This document shows, in pieces, positions 21,001 through 30,662 of a DNA stretch of 64,000 bases. The DNA comes from Stramenopiles sp. TOSAG23-6 (Eukaryota). The notes under the pieces are model-generated. The model did not search any database, was not told the origin of the DNA, and was given only the letters and a program-made list of their open reading frames with translations. The position numbers were made by a program, and so were the translations under genes. The first letter of the stretch is position 1. Each line of letters begins with the position of its first letter. The stretch is from assembly GCA_900128565.1 (NCBI GenBank), contig LT635911.1:1-64000 (forward strand), given 5' to 3'.

Positions 21001-21406
21001 GGGGGACTACAAAGCTCCCACCTGGTCCAAATGAACCGTCTTCGGCATATCCCGATCCAATTATATCACCTATATTGTACGAACCAATACTTACTAAACT
21101 ATTCATAGGACCAAGTTGGTCCTTTTTTTGATTCTCAGTCAGTCTCTCTTGACGATAACGCTTTCGACGGCGTCTTTTGATTTTAGATTCAGATATTTGG
21201 TTCTTTTTTGTGTAAGGAGATATACCAAACTGACTAGATATAATGTTACGTGAAACCTTTAGGGAGGAAGCGTTACCAGTTTCAATTTGCGATAGTAAGT
21301 CTTGAATGTCAGTCATATCCTGACCAACTGGCTCGTCATTGAAGTGATCTATAGGAGTAGAACTTTTCCGACGAGCACCTACTCTAAAGAATTTTTTGTC
21401 AGACAT
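15077..21406 (-). CDS. 2109-aa multidomain protein: IQ repeats, p25-alpha/TPPP domain, WW domains, B-box zinc fingers
   Basis: Several IQxxxRG motifs; IDNSSFKKM...DIIFAKYK...LNFSQFLDAL (p25-alpha); YYFNKRTNEKSWHRP and YYFCGASGETSWKMP (WW); CSQC..C..C..FC..C...H....H (B-box, three or more). Confidence 0.78.
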   Translation of the reverse strand: MSDKKFFRVGARRKSSTPIDHFNDEPVGQDMTDIQDLLSQIETGNASSLKVSRNIISSQFGISPYTKKNQISESKIKRRRRKRYRQERLTENQKKDQLGPMNSLVSIGSYNIGDIIGSGYAEDGSFGPGGSFVVPPLSSVRSVANKPRSSTIRRKISKSVTSNPTVGLGLLDRREEYSLQPMHLSDRKSQLTIEEFLSRPKELEDEAKALEQNIRYKRMQNDTNFQVKLYHLQRTAQQHRKYILQKRGIIPGYKSSLNKDEKPIEYTPPPKLPILSAISPHMAKELDKIPAPNFAVRQAIKQIEKQFTKSDHLDPFHELRKKQHETLARKHKFPTSYIGTTPLPQVSQKDFTKPQVSQKDSTKTKISRHQDVVRTSXSKSKDIQIHENNILDRENNKDICLHSENNEGFSETENVEQETDPKVINIEKTPIALHSTSVKKPGFVLHGLSAHCLKSATGLTSTNLIQTPQAIDPPTKQRHNILKHSAEESRLQVNEMKYQSTRMMSAMLQRLPRNLVAKAMNDEVYGFRMKRFVNMIKKSLNNMIIKYLELGLHRWREEIQRQILASRIKYATIIQRRYRIYWGWKDIQDKLGRIRNQEREAQKDSRERVLRRIQGTIHLQRLYRGYESRKSTKKFKLLVESCKKVQQHYRIHHSKALMFFLKILKEAKIRLAVHAQRIFRAFRDRKHVKLLLTLRRMRRAKVQRERERAERLLLFRKHGAANYIKEWWRGIERYKQLRNLIKARKFKMALRVQRYITGTFKERRRFLAKKKVQYHLRRILQVQACKKIREDLYWSKIRITAQRRQKKKQAGEADLQELSYFGGRFKTVVDMQALKKNKHKLRRAVKLGIFNKARKLEKAAILVQKCYRGKLGRKKVKCKIHLMQKARIKSKIEKRMNAVILVQSRIRGHLMKKRVLMKRYGPAASKIQRRFLKWNSARKKKMAIVLQRYLKGSMQRKKFRALLDRMRRYQGVVAKIQSMVRGYHGRILASNLRDSMRRLEDVGWCGRAEYAHTRKYWKYVLTLRTIRIKKKKGIXPEVLGVWGFGGIFCNFAKEQGASKQLTIDNSSFKKMISQAHNLLDKSKITATKCDIIFAKYKKKNERVLNFSQFLDALLDIANLKYPAATNFNELRAQHRIGKLIPNTRTPGRLGGIFNPLTPGEIRLILVIHNHLLYSNGVVFNKSARKKLESKVTDDLTWAQRVCAASWRRYKGKELMALSRIAKEAWLEAKRKGGWVIRIQLMVRRYQAKARRWAVINDIFVKFMDPETKEPYYFNKRTNEKSWHRPACLRDGYWDYDANDQAYWVEAEDLDNIFTLPTPEREFVVLCSQCEEERVEVVCRECETQFCSACYDDTHCSGKRKKHTKLPVDICGECGYQVATRHCLACKLAHRKTPKKAKLCDNCFENIHMKKSHSWTPIVATCVECEDYAVKWWCIECDEPYCTICFEKVHSHGQRMLHNAKPEPLLLVDIWNKKIQEERARIEAEQLAERDALRAQFQLMAMHQSATKFQALYRGKMIRRAGRERMRQQRLWERAESIKVRQEQDRQKLTSTRFKNIGRSAASIIMEDKFSEELPGTVTLVRDKRTLHTTVDITDLLKENDRILIVGRKFTVKRARRKSKKKKRRNAIVNKKTDAAILMDSLKSPAQRLIDKIRLEQQQKESIETVLQIMLVEKWDGFGNFATVPSKNVKLDSQGNCTRVKGVKCYKLPKHSKVALFAARLADGVREKGIDIGGVLKGPPGSESTMTKIRESETAEALSKLWGVAKDTDAYKNAMDTKAARISSNLVSAATSLQAQDLANAVSFLGRAIRGKEDVRATVGGFVKKIKDTNSIMLWNSLHDKKTGRTYYFCGASGETSWKMPEGDIRIVPFEKPKKKRAAVLSSDTDSDSDVPLAKKFKRLLRRKKRKVKDTKQISKSSSSDDEDSDDDSDDDNEKNDEGGVVKVIEKKKVSSFKNILKKKVKERPPPPPIPEGGFDDSDKNKESDSDNSDDDENINEAGVDADEKKDDTGINQINYAEQDQDYPQNSILDDMTSLEALNDEFGYETDEGGYNTDGDHFDNDAYQSDDNQPLYYVEKRIDPSDGTAYTEEEFRSVYGENSAEWNNAKIWET

Positions 21407-21717
21407 ATCTAAATCTTTATTCTGGCATTTTCAGTGATTCCTTGGCCATGTGGCCGAAAACATGGCGTGGTGCTGATCAATCTTTCAATTTGTTTGTATG
21501 GGGGGGTACCAAGCATATTAGTAGTAGTGTCTCTCTCATGTCAGTTACATACAATTGTTGACTACTAGTAGCAGCTGAATTTTAAAGATTTCGTGTAATC
21601 GCGCTGAGAGTCAGTTTAATTTTCACTCGAGGTTGAAGGAAGGAGTGCTACAAAGTACTTAGTTGTATATATCAGAGGCGCCCTCACATATAATATCGAG
21701 GTGCTCTTCCAGGGGCC

Positions 21718-24700
21718 ATGGCTACCGTTGGCTCTTTACAGAAGAGTACACCCAGTTCTATACCTGGTGCATATCCTCTAAATGCTTCTGAACATTTGAA
21801 GGAGCTAGTATCCCCTCATATAGAATCGTTCAACTATGTGATTCATGATGGTCTTGAAGCAGCTATTAATAGCCTTGCAACTTATCCAACTGTTATTACA
21901 ATGGATAATGCAAAGCAAAAGAAGAAGAAATCAAACATAAATACAAAGAAACACAATACCCGAGCAGATTCGTCTAGCTCTTCAGGATCATCTAGTTCTG
22001 ATGATAGTGATTCGGAGTCTTCAGAGGAAGAACGTGACGGAGATGTTCTCCAGTTGTGGATTGAAGACGCTGAGATTGGCTACCCCACTAGGTCAGATGA
22101 TTCCCTTGACTCTCGATGTTTTCCAGCAGAATGTAGACAACTTGGTACAACGTATGATGCGCCACTTTGGTTGACTATTTGTCGACGTGTTAATAATGGT
22201 ACAGTTATTCGTATGCAACAAAAAGTTGGAGATATTCCAATCATGGTTCGTTCTGACCGTTGTCACCTGAATGGTTTGTCTCCAAAAGAACTTGTACGTC
22301 GTCATGAGGATGCGGATGAATTTGGTGGATATTTTGTATGTAATGGTATCGAACGTTGTATCCGTATGTTACAAATCCCACGGAGAAATATGGTACAATC
22401 TCTTGATCGTCCGTCTTTTGCAAATCGTGGTCCGAAGTATTCCTCTAAAGCAACTTCAATTCGATCTGTGACTGCAGATCAATCTGGTACTACTGTAACT
22501 TGTCACTACCAAACTGATGGTAATGTTATGGTTAGATTTCTTGTGCGTAAACAAGAGTTTTTTGTTCCAGTAATTCTTTTAATGCGAGCACTAAAAGAAG
22601 TAACTGATCGTGAGATTTACGATCGTCTCGTTGGTACGGGGAATAATTCATCAACTGATAAGGTAAATAAGAGTTCTTCATTTGTTGCTGATCATGTAGA
22701 AGTTATTCTTAGAGATGGGCGTACATATGGTGATATGTATTCTCGTACACAGTGTTTAGCTTACCTTGGTGCTCGATTCCGTGTTTTGTTGCAACAAGGA
22801 CTATCGTGTGAATTAATGTCTGATGCACAGGTTGGCCGTGCTTTGTTGCATCGTCATATTTTTGTGCATCTTAGTCAGTCATCTAAGATTGTGAACGATA
22901 ATGCGGATAGTGCAAAGTTTAGTCTTTTGTTATTTATGCTTCGCAAACTTTTCTCTTTTGTTGAAGGTACGAGTGTCGCTGATAATTCTGATGCTCTTTC
23001 ATCACACGAAATCCTCACTTCTGGTCATTTGTACATTAAAATTCTTAAAGAAAAAATCGAAGACTTCATGCTTAATGTAAAACAATTTATTCTTGCTGAT
23101 CTACGCCGTGATAGCTCTCGTGTGTCATTCAACAGTGAAACATACATTAAACGATCGTTAGACCGCCAAAAAGATTTAGGTAAAGAATTATACTATTTTC
23201 TTGCTACTGGTAATTTGAGATCTACGTCAGGTCTTGATCTGATGCAGAATTCCGGATTTACTATTATAGCAGAGAAATTGAATTGGTTGCGGTATATTGC
23301 TCATTTTCGATCAGTACGTTTTATTTTTTTTCAATTTTTTTATCTAATTTTTTTTCGTACGACATTTCGTACCTAACAAATTTTAGTTTTTTTTTTGAAA
23401 TATTTTTCCAAAATACATGTACATCGAGGTAGATTTTTTGCGGAAATGAAAACAACAACGGTACGTAAACTGTTGCCGGAATCGTGGGGATTTTTATGCT
23501 GTGTTCATACTCCTGATGGTTCCCCATGTGGACTTCTTAGTCATTTATGTGCCGCTGCAAGGTAAGTTTTTTTGAACGAAACAAATTCTTTCTTTTTTGT
23601 TTTTCTTTCTTTGTTTTCTGTAACATTCTATTGTTTTTTGTATAACTAGTGAAATGATTACAAATTATTGACATTTTTGTCAATGTGCCGCTCCAGACTT
23701 AAAGAAGCTTCAACGGGCGTCTTGTAGACAGCAGGCAAGCACCCCACCATTTTCTTGCCGGATGATCACTATAATACAATCAATCAATTAGAATTTTCAA
23801 TCAATATATTTTAATTATCAATGTCACAATCAATATCACAACCAACTCATTGTATACATTTTGTTTTATTAATTATACACAATAGAATTGTTCCACAAGC
23901 TCAGGATACTTCCAGACTTCCAAGTGTATTGGTTGCATTAGGAATGATTCCAGATGTTGAAGATACGAGATTGCTTCTACCTCGTTCTCAATCTGTTGAT
24001 GGTGAAGGCAAGGGATATCTTCCAGTATTGCTTGATGGGCGCGTCATTGGTGCTGTTGCCGTTGGACGTGCAACTAAAATGGTGTCTGAATTACGTAGAA
24101 TTAAAGTAACAGAGTTAGCATCTCGTGTAGCTGCTGGCAAGTGTAACAGTAGTTACCTTACACCAGTTTCAGAATGCTCAGATGTGAAATTAATCGGTAA
24201 AAATCGAGGCGTTCCTGTGGATCTAGAATGTGCATTAGTACTACCAATGTCTGCTGAAGGAGGTGGACCATTTCCTGGACTATATCTTGCAGCTGAAGCT
24301 GCCCGATTGGTTCGTCCAGTTCACCATCTTGGTGCAAATGCTCCCGAGTGGATAGGTACATTTGAGCAGATGTTTATGTCAATTGGTTGTCAGGATGCAG
24401 AAGCTGAAGACGCTACTCATCGTGAAATCGATCCTATGAATATTCTCTCTGTAGTTGCTAGTCTAACACCTTTTTCGGATATGAACCAAAGTCCGCGTAA
24501 TATGTACCAGTGTCAGATGGGTAAACAAACAATGGGGACACCATGTCACAATTGGATTAATCGTCGTGATAATAAAATGTATCGCATTCAACATGCACAA
24601 GCGCCTATTGTTCAAAATAAAGCACAGGTTCACTATCGTATTGATGACCACAGTAATGGATGTAATGCTGTTGTTGCTGTATTGAGTTATACTGGTTATG

Positions 24701-25917
24701 ATATGGAAGATGCAATGATTATTGGTAAAGGGTCGTATGATCGTGGCTTTGGACATGCATCTGTGTACAAAGTGAAAACTGTTGACTTGTGCGAACGCGA
24801 AGCCAATCCAAAAGAACGTTTTGGAGTTGAAGTTCCGGTTGAAGGAAATGTAAGTGAATGTAATGGAAATACCACACATGGCAAAGGACAACAACAAGGC
24901 GCAGAGAATATCGATTCGGATGGTCTTCCACGTGTCGGAACAAGACTTGTCAAAGGTGATGCTATGTATTGTACTGTAGATAAGACTACGGGTATAGGTC
25001 ACTACGGAGTATATAAAGATAATGAACCATGTGTTGTGGAAGATGTACAACTTCTTGGTCCTGGTATGGGCAAATCTGAATTTACCAAAATTAGTATGAA
25101 GCTACGATACAATCGTAATCCAGTAGTAGGAGATAAATTTTCAAGTCGTCATGGACAAAAAGGTGTATTATCCTTTCTATATCCGCAACAAGATATGCCA
25201 TTTACTGAAAGTGGAATGTCGCCTGATATTATTATCAATCCACATGCTTTCCCTTCTCGTATGACAATTGGTATGCTTGTTGAAAGCATGGCTGGTAAAG
25301 CTGGAGCTCTTCATGGTCATTTTCAAGATTCAACTCCTTTTCGCTTTGATGAAAATCACCGTGCTGTAGATTACATGGGTGAACAACTAAAAGCTGCAGG
25401 TTACAATTACTATGGTAGTGAACCTATGTACTCTGGAATTACAGGTGAAGAAATGCAAGCAGATATTTTCATTGGTTGTGTTTATTATCAAAGACTTCGA
25501 CATATGGTCAGCGATAAATCTCAGGTAAGATCAACTGGACCAATGAATTCACTCACAATGCAACCTGTAAAAGGCCGTAAACGAGGTGGTGGAATCCGTT
25601 TTGGTGAAATGGAACGCGATTCTCTCATTGCTCATGGAACATCTTTCCTCTTGCAAGATCGTCTTTGCAATAGTTCAGATAGACATAATGCATGGGTATG
25701 TTCTAGTTGTGGGTCAATGCTCGGATTCCAATATCACAGAAAAGGCGGCGCAGCAATTCCTGGAGGTAAAATCATGCACGAAACTGCCCAAAATGCTTTA
25801 CAATGCCGCTCTTGTAATAGTAAAAACATAAAGCAAACATCGATGCCTTATGTTGTACGTTATTTAGCTAATGAACTTGCAGCTATGAATATCAGAATGG
25901 GTGTGGAAGTATCATAA
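21718..25917 (+). CDS. POLR1B: RNA polymerase I second-largest subunit; exons 21718-23313, 23419-23561, 23886-25917
   Basis: [88 protein letters not shown]. Confidence 0.96.
23314..23418 (+). other. Non-canonical GT-AT intron, 105 nt (RPA2 intron 1)
   Basis: TCA|GTACGT...AAAATACAT|GTACAT restores HFRS-VHRG; in-frame TAA inside; nearby AGs (ending 23386, 23428, 23432) are all out of frame. Confidence 0.88.
23562..23885 (+). other. Canonical GT-AG intron, 324 nt, hosting a structured RNA candidate
   Basis: AAG|GTAAGT...AATAG|A keeps the RPA2 frame. Confidence 0.85.
23647..23771 (+). ncRNA. Candidate intronic box C/D snoRNA
   Basis: Terminal stem TAGTGA/TCACTA, box C variant ATGATTA (23654-23660), box D variant ATGA (23762-23765), internal hairpins; GC-richer than the flanking intron. 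Confidence 0.6.
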
Positions 25918-26282
25918 ATTAAATGAGTCAAAGACAAGCTTAATAAGTTGGAAAAATAATGAAAATAATCTATTCGAAAAAGAAAATAATGAATGGGTGT
26001 GGATATTCTTTACTAACTCCGATTTTTTTTACTATATTATGTCTATTTGTCGCGTGTGATGTGCACTATGAATTTGATCACTATAAAAAACTTTAAAAAA
26101 GCGACTTTTAAAATATTTTGTTTTTTATATTTTGTTTTTTATTTTGTTTAAGCGCACGAAATCAAATATCACAAAAAATCAAATAATAAAATTTTTTGGA
26201 ACAGGAGCGCGAAAGTTCAAAAAGTCACAAAACACAACAACTTGAAAATAACAACAACTTCTTCTTCTTTCTTCTAAACAAT

Positions 26283-28572
26283 ATGTGGCATTATACATCT
26301 TTATTTCCTATCATTAAGCATTTAAAGTCTTACAACAATTGGTCTACATTTTTTCGCGATGTATTTGCAGGGCTCACAGTTGGTATCATTTTACTGCCTC
26401 AAGGTATTTTTCTTTTTCTTGCAAAGGTAAATGATGCTATCTTTGAAAAATCAACGTGTATTCATTTATAATAATATTTGACAACATATTGTACAAATTT
26501 TAGGACTGGCTGATGCTCAGTTGGCAGGCGTTCCACATATTTGGGGATTGTATGGGGGACTATTTCCTTTAGTACTTTTTGCCATATTTGCCAATTCTCA
26601 ACATATAACAATAGGTCCTGTAACGGTGATATCTTTATTTGTTGGAAGTCTTGTTCAAAGTGTCACTAATTGTAATGAACAACCAACAGCAGAATGTGAG
26701 GATTACAGAATAGTAATGATTGCAGCAACATTTCTGGTTGGTATTATCCAGCTATGTCTAGCTTTACTGCGAGTAGGTAAAATAATTACAGATGCTTTGA
26801 GTGTTGAAGTCATCAAAGGATACATCAGTGCTTGTGCTTTTGCCATAGCAACATCACAGTTACAGCATTTCTTCCAAGTGAAAATTTGTAAGCAGTGCCC
26901 AATTTATAACTCATGGGGAGACTTATTTAGACAATTAAGTATGATTAATATGTATTCACTTGGGTTAGGCTTGTCTTGCATGACGTTGCTTTTGATTCTG
27001 AAATATTTGTCTCCTCGACAACCTAGTGAACTATTTGTGATTATTATGAGTACACTTTTCACTTGGGGTCTCGACTTGCACGCTGAACCATACAATGTTA
27101 AAATTGTAGGTTCAATGACCAAAGGTTTCCCTGCACCTGAATTGCCATTTACAAAAGTAAAATGTATTTTTCAAAGCGATTGTTCGTTGCTACAACATCC
27201 TCTTTCATCATGGCATAAACTAATTTCGGGTGCCGTTGTGTGTGCCATCGTAAGTTATATCATATCTTTGTCTTTAGTGAAGGAGTTTGCAATGAAATAT
27301 GGTACGAAAGTGAATGGTAATCAAGACTTATTTGCTTTAGGTATGGCTAATGTTTTTGGAAGTTTCTTCAATTGCTATGCGATTGCTGCTTCATTATCTA
27401 GATCGGCGGCGTTTAAAGCTGCGGGAGGTAAAACACAAATAGCATCATTAGTGACGGCATCACTCATAGCAATTACTTTGTTATTTTTGACGCGTCTATT
27501 TTATTATTTACCATCTACAGCTTTAGCAGCAGTTATATTTGTGTCGCTTCGAAGTCTTTTGAAAGGACTGTTTTTCGGGCCTTATCTTTGGCGTATTGGA
27601 CAGCTATACAGTTTGCTTACATGGGCAATTACTGTTGTATCGACATTTCTTCTTGGTATCACGTACGGATTAGTTATTGGTGTTTCTGTATCATTTGTAC
27701 TGATATTTTTCAGACTATGGTACCACAATGATATATCAAATGTATTATTTTCTAAATATGATAATTTAGACAAATATGTATCCTTATTTAATAAGAAAAA
27801 TTGTAATAGCGATACAGATTTGCAGGATTTGCTCACACAAGTTCATCCTTTACTGCAAATGAATCCATGTAGATATTTTATCAAATCTTCTGTCTGTTTC
27901 TTAAATATCAACATATTTCATAGAGATATTGAACAATATACTTCACTTCAACGAATGTGGCTTGACTCAAGAATTATGAAATATGATAGTGGCGATTCTT
28001 CTCTGAGACAACACTTTAATAGTATAATTAAATCAGCTCCACTGGGTATATTTATTCCACTTGTCTTGGACTTTTCTAAAGTAAATTTCGTTGATGTTAC
28101 ATTTGTTCAGTTCTTGAAAGCGTTCATCATGCTACAAGTAGAGCGCCACGTAGTACTAAATACATCAACGGAATTCTCTATGAGATCTATAGAATTAAAT
28201 AGAAGTATGATACATACTTATATATTACCTGTACGAATTTACATTGCATGTGCAAAAACTGAAATTCTTTCAGTACTTGATCAATCTGGTATATTAAAAT
28301 GTCTACTTTATACCCAAATGGATGAAGATGATGACGAAATAGGTACTTATTTTGATTTAGTTGGAGATTATTTTAACCACGAAAGGATTTTTGAAACAGC
28401 TGAAGCTGCAATCGATAATGTTGTTAGTATCATGAATATATCAATTCAAAGCACCAATACAAATACGTCGATAAACAATGATAATTCACGTGATAGTTTA
28501 GTGCAAGATTTTGTTATGGAAGAATTCATTTCCAATTTTCTTGTCCCTCTATATCACTTACCAAATAGTTGA
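26283..28572 (+). CDS. SLC26/SulP anion transporter with STAS-like tail; exons 26283-26403 and 26504-28572
   Basis: DVFAGLTVGIILLPQ|GLADAQLAG, NQDLFALGMAN, SLSRSA, GGKTQ, LDFSKVNFVD. Confidence 0.9.
26404..26503 (+). other. Canonical GT-AG intron, 100 nt
   Basis: CAAG|GTATTT...TTTTAG|GA restores PQGLA. Confidence 0.85.
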
Positions 28573-28772
28573 TTTATATGAAATTTAGTAATAATCAATA
28601 AAATAATGTATACAACCAATTAATTTTACTAGTTTATAAAACAAATGCTAACACATGAAATATTCAAAAAACGTGACATATCTAGACTTAAACAGTCAAA
28701 CTATTAACAGTACCTAATCATGGATATGATCACACCGATGAGCTCCTTATACGTATATTTACTATGATATAA

Positions 28773-30338
28773 TTAACCGTGGGTATGTTCACCACGATGA
28801 TTTCCTAACCCTAAAGCATGGATTAGTACCTGTACTCCAGCAATAATCAAAGGATTCCAAACAACCAAATACCTCATAGCATCTAGTAACGAGCCCCATA
28901 ACAAAGATTGACTTTCCCATGGTGTCAAACCAACAATCTTGCCTAAGTCAACTTTGACATTACAACGAGGACAAGTATCACGTTTCCCAATAATCACCCA
29001 TCCTCTGAGACAATATTCATGGAATTCGTGACCACATTCTAATCGACACAGTTTCTCTTCAACATTAACAACAGCAGCATTTGCCGACTGTTTCTGGATT
29101 TCTTCGAATCTTTCCTGTCGTTCACGTTGTTCCTTAATTAACTGTTCATAATATTCACTTGCACCATGAATATCAGGATCATATTGTGCTATAATATGAG
29201 ATCTATCTGCCATTGGATCATGATGCAATTGAGTAAGCTCTAGTTGTTGTCCTTGTGCCACTCTCTTACGTGCATCATCAGGTGCTTCGACGGGTACAAG
29301 TTCACCTTTCCCCTCAACCTCACGTAAGCTTAAGTCACAGAGTGAACAGCAGTTGTCAGGCACAACACGCCAACGATCTGACCTTTGAGCAGGACGATCT
29401 GTTTTGACTGCTTCATATATGTTACCATCTTTGTCTTTTTTAACATCCTCATGGGCACCATAGCCAAGTGTAGTTGAAATCCGTACAGTTATTAACTCAG
29501 CCAAATCACGAGACAAAATGCCAAAATAAAATCCATAGTACAATAATAATATTCCAAATGGAGAAAACATTAGAAACTTAATGTGTTCACCCCGTTTTAC
29601 TCTGACATGCATAACGCCGCCTTCGCCATCAGGGTATTCAAGTGTCTTTGCCTCGGCAGCTTCAAGAGCAGCTTTTTCTGAAGCGTCCAACGGAATTCCT
29701 TTAGGTCCATAAATTGCAAATGTAGCAAATCTGTTTACACCAAACAAATCCAATATAATAAGTACATAACCGATAACACCAATAACCCAACTCAATCGGT
29801 ATAGACCAAAGAAAAGTCTGTACACAAAACGGGGTGTTCTCTTTCCTAAAGGGTTTCGAGTAGAAATGTAAAGGGTATAAGCTGCCAATGAAGTAAAAGC
29901 TACATTAAAGAAAAGAAACCTTGCAAACCCAAAATAAACCGATATAAGGAATGGTACAACCCATAATCCTACAAATGTCGTAGCTTGGTAACTTCGATAG
30001 TGTTTCTTTTTCCACCAGAATAGTCCTATCTGTGAACCAATAACTGCAAAGAACAGAATGCATAAAATAGCAAAGCCATCACGGTCATCCAAATTGCGAC
30101 GGTCACCTTTCTTTCGAAGAGCTTTAGTATTTTCATTATCACTAAATTCATTATCTACTTCATCAGCGTCTATGCCATTATTATTCTTTGGGCCAAACTT
30201 TGATAAAACCTTTTCCTTGACACGGTTATGAACGTGGATTGCAATATCGTGGGGGTGTACAATTTCATCGCCACCGTGATCGATTTCGTTTGAAGCCTTT
30301 GCTAGGAGTACTAGACAGAAAAATGGTAACAAACGCAT
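28773..30338 (-). CDS. RNF121/RNF175-like multipass RING-H2 E3 ligase
   Basis: WKKKHYRSYQ, TPRFVY, YYGFYFGILSRD, CGHEFHEYCLRGWVIIGKRDTCPRC, LLDAMRYLVVWNP. Confidence 0.88.
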   Translation of the reverse strand: MRLLPFFCLVLLAKASNEIDHGGDEIVHPHDIAIHVHNRVKEKVLSKFGPKNNNGIDADEVDNEFSDNENTKALRKKGDRRNLDDRDGFAILCILFFAVIGSQIGLFWWKKKHYRSYQATTFVGLWVVPFLISVYFGFARFLFFNVAFTSLAAYTLYISTRNPLGKRTPRFVYRLFFGLYRLSWVIGVIGYVLIILDLFGVNRFATFAIYGPKGIPLDASEKAALEAAEAKTLEYPDGEGGVMHVRVKRGEHIKFLMFSPFGILLLYYGFYFGILSRDLAELITVRISTTLGYGAHEDVKKDKDGNIYEAVKTDRPAQRSDRWRVVPDNCCSLCDLSLREVEGKGELVPVEAPDDARKRVAQGQQLELTQLHHDPMADRSHIIAQYDPDIHGASEYYEQLIKEQRERQERFEEIQKQSANAAVVNVEEKLCRLECGHEFHEYCLRGWVIIGKRDTCPRCNVKVDLGKIVGLTPWESQSLLWGSLLDAMRYLVVWNPLIIAGVQVLIHALGLGNHRGEHTHG

Positions 30339-30662
30339 CAGCTAAGCTATGTGTTGTGAGAATACCTATAAATTTATACAACTAGGAAGCAACTATTACT
30401 TTCAACCTATTTACACAGCCACTTTTTTTTCTCTGTGAGTTCCCTGTGAGTTGACTTCAACACACGACGTCAAGGCCAAGTTAGTTCCTTTTGAGAAATA
30501 ATGACCGGTCGGTAAATCACACGAAATCCGCAATTATTTTGTGGAACAAACCTGCTTTTGACATAAAATAAATATTTTTTCACAAATTGAAATTATTATT
30601 TTTTAAATGACGTCTTTATTAACATCGAAAGAATCTGCAAAATACCCACACGAAAGAACTTA

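Noticed and set aside
23686-23702. 18S rRNA guide in the snoRNA candidate (CCAGACTT)
   Set aside because: Only about 8 nt of recalled complementarity and not next to a clear D or D' box
23821-23885. Separate 698-aa gene starting at ATG 23821
   Set aside because: This ATG is intronic; the ORF is exon 3 of RPA2
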